From positions 372,001-436,000 of the forward strand of contig NIVC01000013.1 in assembly GCA_002269645.1 (NCBI GenBank): DNA of 64,000 nucleotides, in the 5' to 3' direction. Positions 49,125 to 60,029 of the stretch are shown piece by piece; the first letter of the stretch is position 1, and every line of letters begins with the position of its first letter. Source of the DNA: Macrostomum lignano (lineage: Eukaryota). Made by a program: the position numbers and the translations under genes. Under the pieces are notes generated by a model that worked only from the letters and a program-made list of their open reading frames with translations, had not been told where the DNA came from and did no database searches.

Positions 49125-49424
49125 TAGGGGTGAGAGGGAGATAGGAGTGAGAGGGAGATAGGAGTGAGAGGGAGATAGGAGTGAGAGGGAGATAGGAGTG
49201 AGAGTAAGATAGGGGTGAGAGCGAGATAGGGATGAGAGAGAAATAGGGGTGAGAAGGAGCTAGAGATGAGAGGGAGATAGGGACGCGAGGGAGATAGGGG
49301 TGAGAGAGGAGATAGGGGTGAGAAGGAGCTAGAGATGAGAGGGAGATAGGGACGAGAGGGAGATAGGGGTGAGAGGGAGATCGGGGTAAGAAGGAGCTAG
49401 GGATGAGAGGGAGATAGGGACGAG
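49125..49424 (+). repeat. left copy of the ~300-bp direct duplication flanking the retrotransposon (putative TSD)
   Basis: Identical to 55239-55538 except 49388 A vs G; ends exactly at the element 5' end. Confidence 0.85.
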
Positions 49425-49899
49425 GGACGGGCTGTTGCCCCCAGGACCCCGGGTCCTGCACGTAATGGCGTGGTGAACTATCTGTGCAGTATGAGACTGG
49501 TATGGCCTTTATCCCAGCCAGCGATGCTCACACCTGCCTCCCCTGGCGGGCTGATAGCTCAAGAGACTCTGTCTCCTGATTTTCACCTTGCAAGGCGCAC
49601 TTCGAAGGGTACTCGTCCCGTGGGTGTTAAGGCAGGCCCCCTTGGGCCCTGCCGAGCTGATTCGTTGGCGCCGGGTCCTGGTGTGACCATAAACGCACCC
49701 TCTAATGTCCCAGTGTAACTCCGTGCTGATGGACGCTTGGCCAGGGAGTAGTCTGGTCGCTAACGGTTCCCCTTGCGCTTTTGGGTCCCCCGCAGGGTGG
49801 TATTTTGCTTTTTGGGGGCCTGCCGCTTGGTTTGGGGTTGCGGCCTTGCGGCTCTTTGCCTGTGTTCTGCAGGAAGTCCCACCTTTTTACTTCCAGCCA

Positions 49900-51419
49900 A
49901 TGGCTTCTAACCGAAGTAACAAACCGGCTGTGGATGACACAGTGCCTCCGGCCTCGGCTGGGGCCGTGGACTCCTCGGCCATACCACCTGCTACCATCGG
50001 GGACGCCTCGGCGAGACCCGTGGAGCCAACTCTGAGCGGTGCCTCCGAGAAGACACCTGCTACTCCAGCTGCTAAGAAACGCAGCACCACCTCTGGAGCT
50101 GCCCGCCGTCGACTTAACAAGGCGAGGCGGGCCAAGGAGGGCGGAAGCCAAACCGGTGCCAGGGGCCAACGGCCCGCGGCAGCGGAAGCTTCCCAGTCTG
50201 GGGCGGTGGCGGAAGAGGGCCTCGAGCCCACGGAAGCCCCTGCCCAGGATAGGGAGGCCGATGCAGCCGGGAGGGTGGACAGCCCACCTGAAGAAAGCTC
50301 CACTGACCCCGGGCCTCCTACGCTGATGCGGCAAAGAGGCAACCGGCGGTTGTCATCCTGGGAAAGGACGCGCGCCTGTCTCCCGATCAGCTGAAGCAGG
50401 TGAGAAGTGCCGTTGATGGCCTCCTGTGGAAGCAAACTCTGAAGGGCACGCCTCTGAACATTCATTCGAATGCGACGAGGGACTCGTGCCTTCTCATTTG
50501 GCCCAGTGATGCTGACTCGGGTCGGCGGCTCCTTGAGCTGCTGCCCGAGCAGAGCTGGGACCTCAACCTAGCCTTCTGCAGAGAGGACGAGCGCCCCCGG
50601 ACCAAGAGGCATCGAATCTGGGTCCCGGCCAGGAGCGTTGTTACCTCTGCTGACGAGCTCCGGAAAGGACTGCTAGCAGTCAACCGGGAGCTTCCCGCCG
50701 CGGGCCTAGTGGTGCATGACACCCTTAAGCGCACCGACGGCACTGGCTTCACAGCCATCCTGGGGCTGTCGGACGCCTGGATGAGGCGTTATCCACACGG
50801 CAGCTTCATCAACGTCGGCCTTTGGAAGCTGCGCATCCGCTCCTACGAGGCCGACCCTCCCCGTGGCAGTGAGCAGGGCGGGCGGGATGCGGAGGCGGCC
50901 GGGGCCGAGGCGCAAGCCTCTGCTCAGACTGCCAAAGCAAACCGCCCTGCCCGGCAGCACGGCCGCGCGGGCAAAGCTGAGCGCGCTGCTGAGGGCGGAG
51001 GCGACCGACGCCCGGCGCGCAGCACCAAGCGGCGCGGCCTGTACCAGCGTGCAGCTGAGGCAGTCCGTACCGCCAAAATCTCCCAGCTGAGGCGAGAGGT
51101 CGCCGGGACGCCTAGGCGCACCAGTTCGTCCAGGGAGGGTGGGGACGTCCCAGCTGGGCCCAACCCCTCGGGGCAGGGCCGACTGGAGACGGACCCGCCT
51201 GCCCAGGCGGCTGGCTGCTCCAGGGCATTGGGCCAATCTGAGGCGGAGGACCCCATGGATGGTGGGCAAAGGGCGGCGAACGCTGCCTACTGCCTTCCGG
51301 CCAATCGGGGGCCTTTTGCTGAAGAAGAGCCCATGGACACCGGCGACCCCGACCCGAAGCCGGTGAGCGCCGAGGAGGAGGAGGAACTCCTGGCGGCTGC
51401 AACATCCGATCTGCAATGA
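49900..51419 (+). pseudogene. retrotransposon ORF1 (~506 aa once repaired), with a 1-nt deletion frameshift at ~50307-50310
   Basis: MASNRSN... (frame of ORF 49705..50394) switches to the frame of ORF 50400..51419 at GACCCCGGG. Adding one C gives DPRASYADAAK, an SYA-x-A motif typical of non-LTR ORF1. An upstream ATG at 49705 is an alternative start. Confidence 0.75.
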
Positions 51420-54400
51420 TGCCAGCGACTACCTGGTGTCTGCAGATCAACACCCAGCACTGCGTGGCGGCGTCGGTCAACCTGATGCGCACGGCAGAGC
51501 AACAGCTTCCGGGCCTGGTCTTCGTACAGGAGCCCTGGATGACTAAAGGTAAGCCAAATAATGTGCCATCTGGCTACCACTGTTTTTGCATGGTGGGCTC
51601 TCAGCCTCGCCCAAGATCTTGGTCTTTGCTGCAAAAGCTTTTGAGGCATGGATGAGACCTGATCTCTCGACTGGGGACATCTGTGTTGTTCAAATCAATA
51701 ACCTCATTCCCAATAAACCTGTGCTGGTAGCTTCTGCCTATTTCCCGGGCGATGCCCCAGTTGTCTGCGACGCGTTAGTCAACCTTACTGACTATGCTGC
51801 GTCCCATCGGTTCGAGCTGCTCATTGCAGGGGATGTGAACGCACACCACCTGCATTGGGGCAGCAAGAACATCAATAGCAGAGGCGAGGAGCTGCTGGCC
51901 TATGTCAGCAGCACTAACCTCAACTTCTGTAACGTGGGCAATGCACCAACGTTCAATAATGGGCGGTGGGCCGAAGTCATCGACACCACCATCGCCTCAC
52001 CCGGACTGCTTTCCGCAGTTACGGGCTGGCGAGTGTGGGACGAGGACTCGCTCTCGGACCACCGCTTTATCCGCTTTTGCATTGGGCCGACCAAGCAAAA
52101 GCCTAAGGTCACTTGGAGTCGGAACGTCAGGAACACCGATTGGGCCGCCTTTGGCTCGAAGCTGAGCCGCGGCCTTCGGGATCTTGACCCCCCCAGTGAC
52201 CTCTCTGACTGCCAGGTGGTGGACGATCTCGCCTCCTCCCTGGGCGGGGCGATCACCACTGCCTTTGAAGCAGCCTGCCCCCTAAAGGCCTATAAAGGCA
52301 AGAAATCTGCTCCCTGGTGGAACCCAGAGCTCGGGGCCCTTCGGCGCCGAGCCAGGACCCTCCAAAGGCGAGCGCTCAAAACCAAAGACCCATCTGACAG
52401 AGAGGCCTATACCCGTGCGATCCACGAGTTTAAGGGCCAAGTCAGAAGGGCCAAGACGGCCAAGTGGCGCCAATATTGCGAAGGGCTTGAGGGCTCTCGC
52501 CCCGTAGCCCGCGTGGTTAAGGCACTCACTAATGACCGTTTTTCTAAACTCTCTGTTGTGAAGAGACCTGACGGCTCGGTCACAGAGAGTTCGGAAGAGA
52601 CTCTAGAGCTCATGCTCAACAGTTTTTTCCCTAAATCTCCGACTCAGCAGGGCCCGCCCGACCACACAGTGGGAGGGCAAGGCCTAGCAAAGTCTATGAT
52701 CACCAAAGACCGCATTATTAGAGCGGCAAGGTCCTTTAACCCGTTCAAGGCGCCTGGGCCCGACGGCATCTACCCAGCGTTCTTGCACGAGGCGGTGAAA
52801 AACCACCGCTTCCTGGACCTGCTCTGTCGTCTCCTTCGAGCTTGTGTGGAGCTGGGCTATGTACCAGTTGCATGGAGAGAGGCCCGGGTGGTCTTTATCC
52901 CCAAGCCTGGAAAGAGCGACTACCAATCGGTGAAGGCCTTCAGGCCTATCAGCCTCACTTCTTTCTGCCTCAAGCTCCTCGAGAGACTGGTGCTTTGGCG
53001 CCTACTTTCGGTCGAGCTGAAGCGCTTCCCACTCTCGCAGAACCAGCACGCCTTCCGCGCGGGCAGGTCAACCGAGAGTGCTCTCCATGTCATTGTTGAC
53101 TTCCTGGAGAGGGCCGTTCTTGGCAGCGGCTTTGCCCTCTCGCTTTTCCTGGACATTGAGGGGGCCTTCGACAACGTCATCTTCGAGGCCTTTTGCAGAG
53201 CCCTGGAATCCAGGGCCACGCACCCTCACCTTGTCCGGTGGATCATGTTCATGATCCGAAACCGCACTGTTGTGGCCCACCTGAGCGGCAGCTCTCTTTC
53301 GGTGCCTGTCCTGAAAGGGGGCCCCCAGGGCGGCGTTCTCACCCCCGTTCTCTGGAACATGGTCATGGATGAGTTGCTTTGCAGTGATCTCCACGACCCC
53401 ATTCTCAAGGTGGGCTATGCCGATGATGTGACCGCGATATGCGCGGGCCCCTCGGTTGATACCATCAGAGACCTTCTGCAGGGCTTTCTGGGACGAGCGG
53501 AGCGTTGGGCAGACCAATGTGGCCTTAGACTCTCAGAGTCGAAAACCACAGCAGTCATGTTTACCAACAAACTGCTCTGGACCATTAAGCCCCTCACCCT
53601 CTATGGAAAGAATATTTCCATGGAGAAGCAGGTCCGCTGCCTGGGCCTCACTCTGGACCACAGGCTTAACTGGACTCCGCACATTCAAACTAAAGCCAAA
53701 AAAGCCCTGGCTGTACTGGCTCAGATCAGGCGCGCCGTGGGCACCACCTGGGGGCTCACCCCCAGGAAGCTGTGGTGGATTTACACTGCCATCATCCGCC
53801 CCTCGATCAGTTACGCCAGCCTCGTGTGGGCTAGCGGCCTGAGCGTCAAGAGCAACCTCGACGCTCTCTACAAAATCCAGGGCAGAGCCTGCCGCATGAC
53901 TATGGGCGCTCCACCCTCTACTCCTTTTGAAGGCATGAATGCCTTCCTCTGTGCCCCTCCTTTGGATATTTATATCAAAGGAGAGGCGGCGAAGAGCACC
54001 CGGCGTCTTCTGGATGCTGGGGTGGCCTTCAAGAAAGTGCGGGCCTTTAAGAAGCGGTCGCTTATCCCGCACTCTGACCTCTGCCTCAAGGCTCTCGAGG
54101 AGTGTGGCGGGCTCAACATCCTCACGGACTCGATCCCAGCCACCCTTCTCCTGAGCCAAAGGTATAAGGTCACCATTCAGCCTCGACACGAGGCGAGTGA
54201 CAGCTGGAGCGACTCTGAAGTCCACTGTTACACTGACGGCTCCATGAGGCATGGTCTTTCAGGCTTCGGAGCTTGCGTCTTCTTCAAGTAGGGAGAAGTG
54301 GTGTGGAGCTACTCCCAGCACACTGGGCTCAACTCCAGTGTTTTTCAGAGCGAGGTGCTTGCCATCAGCTCCTGCGCGGCAGAGCTGCGCCGAAGGCAGC

Positions 54401-55122
54401 TTAGCGGCCGGAAATTTATTTTTCACTCTGACAGCCAAGCAGCCCTTCGGGCCCTCTGCCGCAGCACCGCCAGCTCCAGGTCCGTCCTGGACTGCAACAC
54501 CCAGCTCAACGGGCTTGCGCTAGGCAACCAGGTGGAGCTCAGATGGATCCCGGGCCACGCCGGCTTCCTCGGCAACGAGCGCGCTGACCTGCTGGCCAAG
54601 GCTGGCTCCGCCGGCGCGCTATTGGGGCCGGGCCCGGGTGCCCCCATCCCCGCCTCGGTGATCAATTCCCGCGTTAAGCGCTGGGCTGACTCCGAGCATC
54701 TCCGCAGGTGGCACGACACCCGGAATTGTAGGCAATCCCGTGCTGCCGTCCCCTGTCCCTCTCCTCTCCTGCGTAGAGCCCTCCTCAGGCTCAACCGCAG
54801 AGACCTCAGAGCAGTTAGCATGGCCCTCTCCGGGCATGGCTGCTTCTCTCGCCACCGCTTCCTTCAGGGCCAAGTACCCGAGGAGCGGTGCCCCTTCTGC
54901 CGCTCAGGCAGTGAAAACGCCGAGCATTTTATCTGCCACTGCCCGGTCTTCACCAGGGCCAGGCTTACTCACCTCGGGCCAAACCCGGTTCTCTCCGACG
55001 TTTGCAGGCCCGAGAGCATCCCGCTGCTCGCCCGGTACCTCAGGGACACCGGACGAGCTGATTTCTTCCCCACCGTCGGTGAGGAGGACCGCGCTGCAGG
55101 CGAGACCGACGGGTCCCCCTGA
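51416..55122 (+). pseudogene. retrotransposon ORF2: AP endonuclease - reverse transcriptase - RNase H - CCHC; frameshift at ~51610 and in-frame TAG at 54289-54291
   Basis: APE: LQINTQH, VQEPW, GDVNAHH, IDTT, SDH. RT: GPDGI, YADD. RNase H: YTDGS, FQSEVLAI, SDSQ, WIPGH, NERAD. Zinc knuckle: CPFC-x8-H-x4-C. Stitches ORFs 51416..51655, 51586..54291 and 54298..55122. Confidence 0.92.
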
Positions 55123-55238
55123 GCGACACCACTTCAACGGAAGTCGTTGGTCGCCAGGGGCTAGCGGAATGGGCGGTCTCCTCCGCCTCCTCGCTGCATC
55201 CGCCGGACGCCCCCTGCAGCTAAGTCAAGTAAGTCAAG

Positions 55239-55538
55239 TAGGGGTGAGAGGGAGATAGGAGTGAGAGGGAGATAGGAGTGAGAGGGAGATAGGAGTGAGA
55301 GGGAGATAGGAGTGAGAGTAAGATAGGGGTGAGAGCGAGATAGGGATGAGAGAGAAATAGGGGTGAGAAGGAGCTAGAGATGAGAGGGAGATAGGGACGC
55401 GAGGGAGATAGGGGTGAGAGAGGAGATAGGGGTGAGAAGGAGCTAGAGATGAGAGGGAGATAGGGACGAGAGGGAGATAGGGGTGAGAGGGAGATCGGGG
55501 TGAGAAGGAGCTAGGGATGAGAGGGAGATAGGGACGAG
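55239..55538 (+). repeat. right copy of the ~300-bp direct duplication flanking the retrotransposon (putative TSD)
   Basis: Begins immediately after the TAAGTCAAG tail; the first TA could belong to the tail. Confidence 0.85.
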
Positions 55539-56182
55539 AGGGAGATAGGGACGAGAGGGAGATAGGGGTGAGAGGGAGATAGGGACGAGAGGGAGATAGG
55601 GGTGAGAGGGAGATAGGGACGAGAGGGAGATAGGGACGAGAGGGAGATAGGGGTGAGAGGGAGATCGGGGTGAGAAGGAGATAGGGGTGAGAGGGTGATA
55701 GGGGTAAGAGGGAGATGAGAGGGAGATAGGGGTGAGAGGGAGATAGGGGTGAGAGGGAGATAGGGGTGAGAAGGAGATAGGGGTGTGAGGGAGATAGGGG
55801 TGAGAGGGAGATACAGACGCAATTATGCAGTGCATGGTTTAATAGAAGTGAGAGAGATACAAAAATGACTTTCTTTGTCCAGCAACACAAAAATAAAGCA
55901 GCTCTGCATTATGCAAACGAAGTTGATTCCCGATGAGTTGCAGACCAGAGCACATCAAACAGAGTGCGGTCATGCCAGGGAGGTCAAATCCCAATTCAAG
56001 CGAGGACCGAACAGTACAACTCGATGCACGCGAACTGAACGAAGTCACTCTTTACTTATCTAAATGAAAAAATCAGCGAGTTCGTTGATCGATGACTGAC
56101 AGTTGCGGTCTCGTGTCCTGAGCTGAAACATACTGGGCAGACTTTGAGCAGGGTCTGTGTGGATGTTCTTATCTGTCTGCCC

Positions 56183-57710
56183 TCACTGATCTCTCTCTGC
56201 CCTCTCTGATCTCTCTGCCCTCTCTGATCTCTCTGATCTCTCTCTGCTCTTACTGATCTCTCTCTGCCCTCTCTGATCTCTCTCTGCCCTCTCTGATCTC
56301 TGCCCTCTCTGATCTCTCTCTGCCCTCTCTGATCTCTGCCCTCTCTGATCTCTCTCTGCCCTCTCTGATCTCTCTCTGCCCTCTCTGATCTCTGCCCTCT
56401 CTGATCTCTCTCTGCCCTCTCTGATCTCTGCCCTCTCTGATCTCTCTCTGCCCTCTCTGATCTCTCTCTGCCCTCTCTGATCTCTCTCTGCCCTCTCTGA
56501 TCTCTCTCTGCCCTCTCTGATCTCTGCCCTCTCTGATCTCTCTCTGCCCTCTCTGATCTCTCTCTGCCCTCTCTGATCTCTGCCCTCTCTGATCTCTCTC
56601 TCTCTCTGCCCTCACTGATCTCTCTCTGCCCTCTCTGATCTCTCTCTGCCCTCTCTGATCTCTGCCTTCTCTGATCTCTCTCTGCCCTCTCTGATCTCTG
56701 CTCTCACTGATCTCTCTCTGCCTTCTCTGATCTCTCTGATCTCTCTGATCTCTCTGCCCTCTCTGATCTCTGCCTTCTCTGATCTCTCTCTGCCTTCTCT
56801 GATCTCTCTGATCTCTCTGATCTCTCTGATCTCTCTGCCCTCTCTGATCTCTGCCTTCTCTGATCTCTCTCTGCCTTCTCTGATCTCTCTGATCTCTCTG
56901 ATCTCTCTGATCTCTCTGATCTCTCTGATCTCTCTGATCTCTCTGATCTCTGCCCTCTCTGATCTCTCTCTGCCCTCTCTGATCTCTCTCTGCCCTCTCT
57001 GATCTCTGCCCTCTCTGATCTCTCTCTGCCCTCTCTGATCTCTGCTCTCACTGATCTCTCTCTGCCTTCTCTGATCTCTCTGATCTCTCTGATCTCTCTG
57101 ATCTCTCTCTGCCCTCCCTGATCTCTCTGATCTCTCTGATCTCTCTGATCTCTCTGATCTTTCTGATCTCTCTGATCTCTCTGATCTCTCTGATCTCTCT
57201 CTGCCCTCCCTGATCTCTCTGATCTCTCTGATCTCTCTCTGCCCTCTCTGATCTCTGCCCTATCTGATCTCTCTCTGCCCTATCTGATCTCTCTCTGCCC
57301 TATCTGATCTCTCTCTGCCTTCTCTGATCTCTCTGATCTCTCTGATCTCTCTCTGCCTTCTCTGATCTCTTTGATCTCTCTGATCTCTCTCTGCTCTCTC
57401 TGATCTCACTCTGCCCTCTCTGATCTCTCTACCCTCTCTGATCTCTCTGCCCTCTCTGATCTCTCTCTGCCCTCTGATCTCTCTCTGCCCTATCTGATCT
57501 CTCTCTGCCCTCTCTGATCTCTCTGATCTCACTCTACCTTCTCTGATCTCACTGTACCTTCTCTCATCTCACTCTACCTTCTCTGATCTCACTCTACCTT
57601 CTCTCATCTCACTCTACCTTCTCTCATCTCACTCTACCTTCTCTCATCTCACTCTACCTTCTCTCATCTCACTCTACCTTCTCTCATCTCACTCTACCCT
57701 TCCTGATCTC
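56183..57710. repeat. pyrimidine-rich mosaic minisatellite (CTCTCTGAT / CTCTGCCCT / CTCACTCTACCTT)
   Basis: direct reading. Confidence 0.95.
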
Positions 57711-58264
57711 TCCGTAATGCCTTCCTTGTGCTTATCTCTCTTCCATTGTTTGTCTTATATACGTATTTTCATATTTTCTTCCTGTCTTTCCTTGGCCAAC
57801 TTCTTATAGAAAAGTAATTCCCTACCCAAAATAGTTTGGCATTTGTGCGCCTCAAGTAAAAGTGGAGAATATGACTTTTATGCTCAGCGCGCACCAATAA
57901 AAACATAAAAACTGAACTGCTTGCTTAGACTCAGAAGCTCACATTCTAGTCTAGCTAACTACTCACAACTCTCCTATGTGGTAAGCAGTTCTGTTTTCAG
58001 CTGCAGTTTCATCTGTCGTTTGAGTATGTAGTAAGATCGGAAATAATTGTTTTTGAAATTGGCTTTTTTGTTTAGTTCAAGACGGGATCCGACTCAGTCA
58101 GTGGGGACTATGAGACAGAAGGAGCGGAGCCTTTTTGGCGTTAGTCTTGCATGTTGATAAATGGTGGCTAACGTCTGATTTATAATCTATCTAATCGACC
58201 GGTAGTTTCTGAGGAATAGAAGTAGAGTGACAATAAATAGAATTATGGAGAATGAGAAGTTAAA

Positions 58265-58445
58265 GAGATGGTAGAGTAAAATTAGAGAGAGAAGAGTGAG
58301 AAATAGAGAGAGATAGTAGAGTGAGAGAGATAGTAGAGTGAGGGAGATAGTAGAGTGAGAGAGATAGTCGAGTGAGAAGTAGAGATAGTAGAGTGAGAGT
58401 AGAAAGTGATATTAGAGTGAGAAGTAGAGAGAGATTGGAGAGTGA
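58265..58445. repeat. degenerate 17-bp purine-rich repeat (AGAGAGATAGTAGAGTG)
   Basis: direct reading. Confidence 0.75.
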
Positions 58446-59074
58446 GATGCAAAGGGATATGTTATAAATAAGTAAGAGAATATACAGAGAAAATCTCAAA
58501 ACAATATAGGCTCTTTTACTACTCATTAGTAGTGTAATGTGCAATCAGAAGCATATAAACAGAGCATTATCACTTTTTTGTGACGTTGTGCATTGCAGTA
58601 GCTAATGACGACTTGTCATCATATTCAAGTTATATTTTAATCTAAAATCATTTGTTTAACTTACAAAAATATTTGATTCCAAAATCGGAAGTGAAGTAAC
58701 AAAACACAAAGTTTTAATTTAGATTCATCAAGTCAATCGAATTCAGAGGAAGACTTACTAAAAGATAAGTTTTCCAAAGAAATTTCGTCACAATAAATTA
58801 AATCTTTGCAATTGTCTATTAGTGCAGATAACTATTAAGTATTAGGAAAATGCTTGGAACTTATTTGTAGGCAATCATTAGTTAGGCAAAAGTCTTCCAG
58901 GCGGCCTTCTGCAAAAGCTCAATTGCTAGGCGTGATAAGCAAATAAAATTGCAAATAATGTTCAAACACTTCTACAAAGAAGATTCAGCATTTTGCTTGG
59001 TGGTAAGTTACTCGAACCATCACAGACTTCAAAGGATAGACTCTAAAGACCAGGATGTGGGAGGAGGGAGAGAT

Positions 59075-59600
59075 AACGACTTCAAAGGGACCCAGATGTA
59101 GAAAGGGTGTCGGTGACTTCAATGGGACCCGGATGTGGAGAGAGGGTGTCGGCGACTTCAAAGGGACCGGATGTGGCAAGAGGGTGTCCGCGACTTCAAA
59201 GGGACCCGGATATGGCGAGAGGGAGTGTCGGCGACTTCAAAGGGACCCAGATGTGGCAAGAGGGTGTCGGCGACTTCAAAGGGACCGGATGTGGCAAGAG
59301 GGTGTCCGCGACTTCAAAGGGACCCGGATATGGCGAGAGGGTGTCGGCGACTTCAAAGGAACCCGGATGTGGCGAGAGGGTGTCGGCGACTACAAAGGGA
59401 CCCGGATGTGGAGAGGGTGTCGGCGACTTCAAAGGGACCCGATTGTGGTGAGAGGGTGTCGGCGACTACAAAGGGACCCGGATGTGGAGAGGGTGTCGGC
59501 GACTTCAAAGGGACCCGATTGTGGTGAGAGGGTGTCGGCGACTTCAAAGGGACCCGGATGCGGAGGGAGTGACCATCTGAACGGACCCGGATATGGAGGT
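59075..59600. repeat. 38-41-bp minisatellite (GAGAGGGTGTCGGCGACTTCAAAGGGACCCGGATGTG) just downstream of the LRRC49-like stop
   Basis: ~12 copies. Confidence 0.93.
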
Positions 59601-59721
59601 ACTCACTGTAATTTCTTCAAAAGGTCACGTCTGGCAGGGAGTGATGACCTTAAAAGGCCTGAAAATGGACGCATGTGCTTCAGCACAGTTCTGTCTGTGT
59701 ACACCAGCTGTACAATGGGTC

Positions 59722-59963
59722 TCACAGTGGCCCCTGTTTCTGCCGCAGCACAAAGCTGTTCATCTGTCTGCGCATGCAACCCTGACGATCTTCGACTTCC
59801 TTGGCGCACGACAGCAGCAGTTCGAGCACCACCGGCTTCCACGCGTCGCCGATGGCCGCACGTCGACGCTCCAATTGAAGGCTTTCAGCCAGACAGTCGG
59901 AGACTGTGGCGGCCGCGGTTTGACGTTTGGCCTCGTAGCGTCTGACAGCCTCTTGTGTCGGAC
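59722..59963 (-). CDS. LRRC49: LRRC49-like gene, last coding exon (GPTQEAVRRYEAKRQ...DAWKPVVLELL...KQGPL*)
   Basis: Acceptor cccatcccggcag in phase 1, TGA at 59724-59722; helical C-terminus resembles the LRRC49 tail. Not in the ORF track in this frame. Confidence 0.75.
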
Positions 59964-60029
59964 CTGCCGGGATGGGAGGGAAGCGAAGAATGACGAGTGG
60001 GTCTGGGCGATTTAGCGAATGTCAGCTCC

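Larger units (their letters stand above)
49425..55238 (+). mobile_element. full-length non-LTR retrotransposon, LOA-like (I group, RNase H-containing), ~5.8 kb
   Basis: Sharp GC-rich insert in a minisatellite. It has a ~475-nt 5' UTR, ORF1, ORF2 with APE/RT/RNase H/CCHC motifs, a short 3' UTR and a (TAAGTCAAG)2 tail. LOA assignment rests on recalled motifs QIN..H..A, QEPW, FRPISLTSF, LDIEGAFDN, PQGGVL, GYADD, YTDGS. Confidence 0.92.
48775..55813. repeat. 17-bp minisatellite (GGGAGATAGGGGTGAGA) split by the retrotransposon (48775-49424 and 55239-55813)
   Basis: same unit on both sides of the insertion. Confidence 0.93.

Noticed and set aside
49425-49780. HDV-like or hammerhead ribozyme in the retrotransposon 5' UTR (hairpins CAGGACCC-C-GGGTCCTG, GGTGTG...CGCACC followed by CTAA)
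   Set aside because: I could not assemble a canonical P1/P2/P3/L3/P1.1 topology by hand. An RNArobo or Infernal search would settle it.
50300-51615. Programmed -1 frameshifting at the two retrotransposon frame breaks
   Set aside because: No X XXY YYZ slippery heptamer; one break is inside the endonuclease domain; single-base deletions explain both.
49702-54873. Many antisense and alternate-frame ORFs within the retrotransposon
   Set aside because: Expected shadows of GC-rich coding sequence; no recognisable domains.
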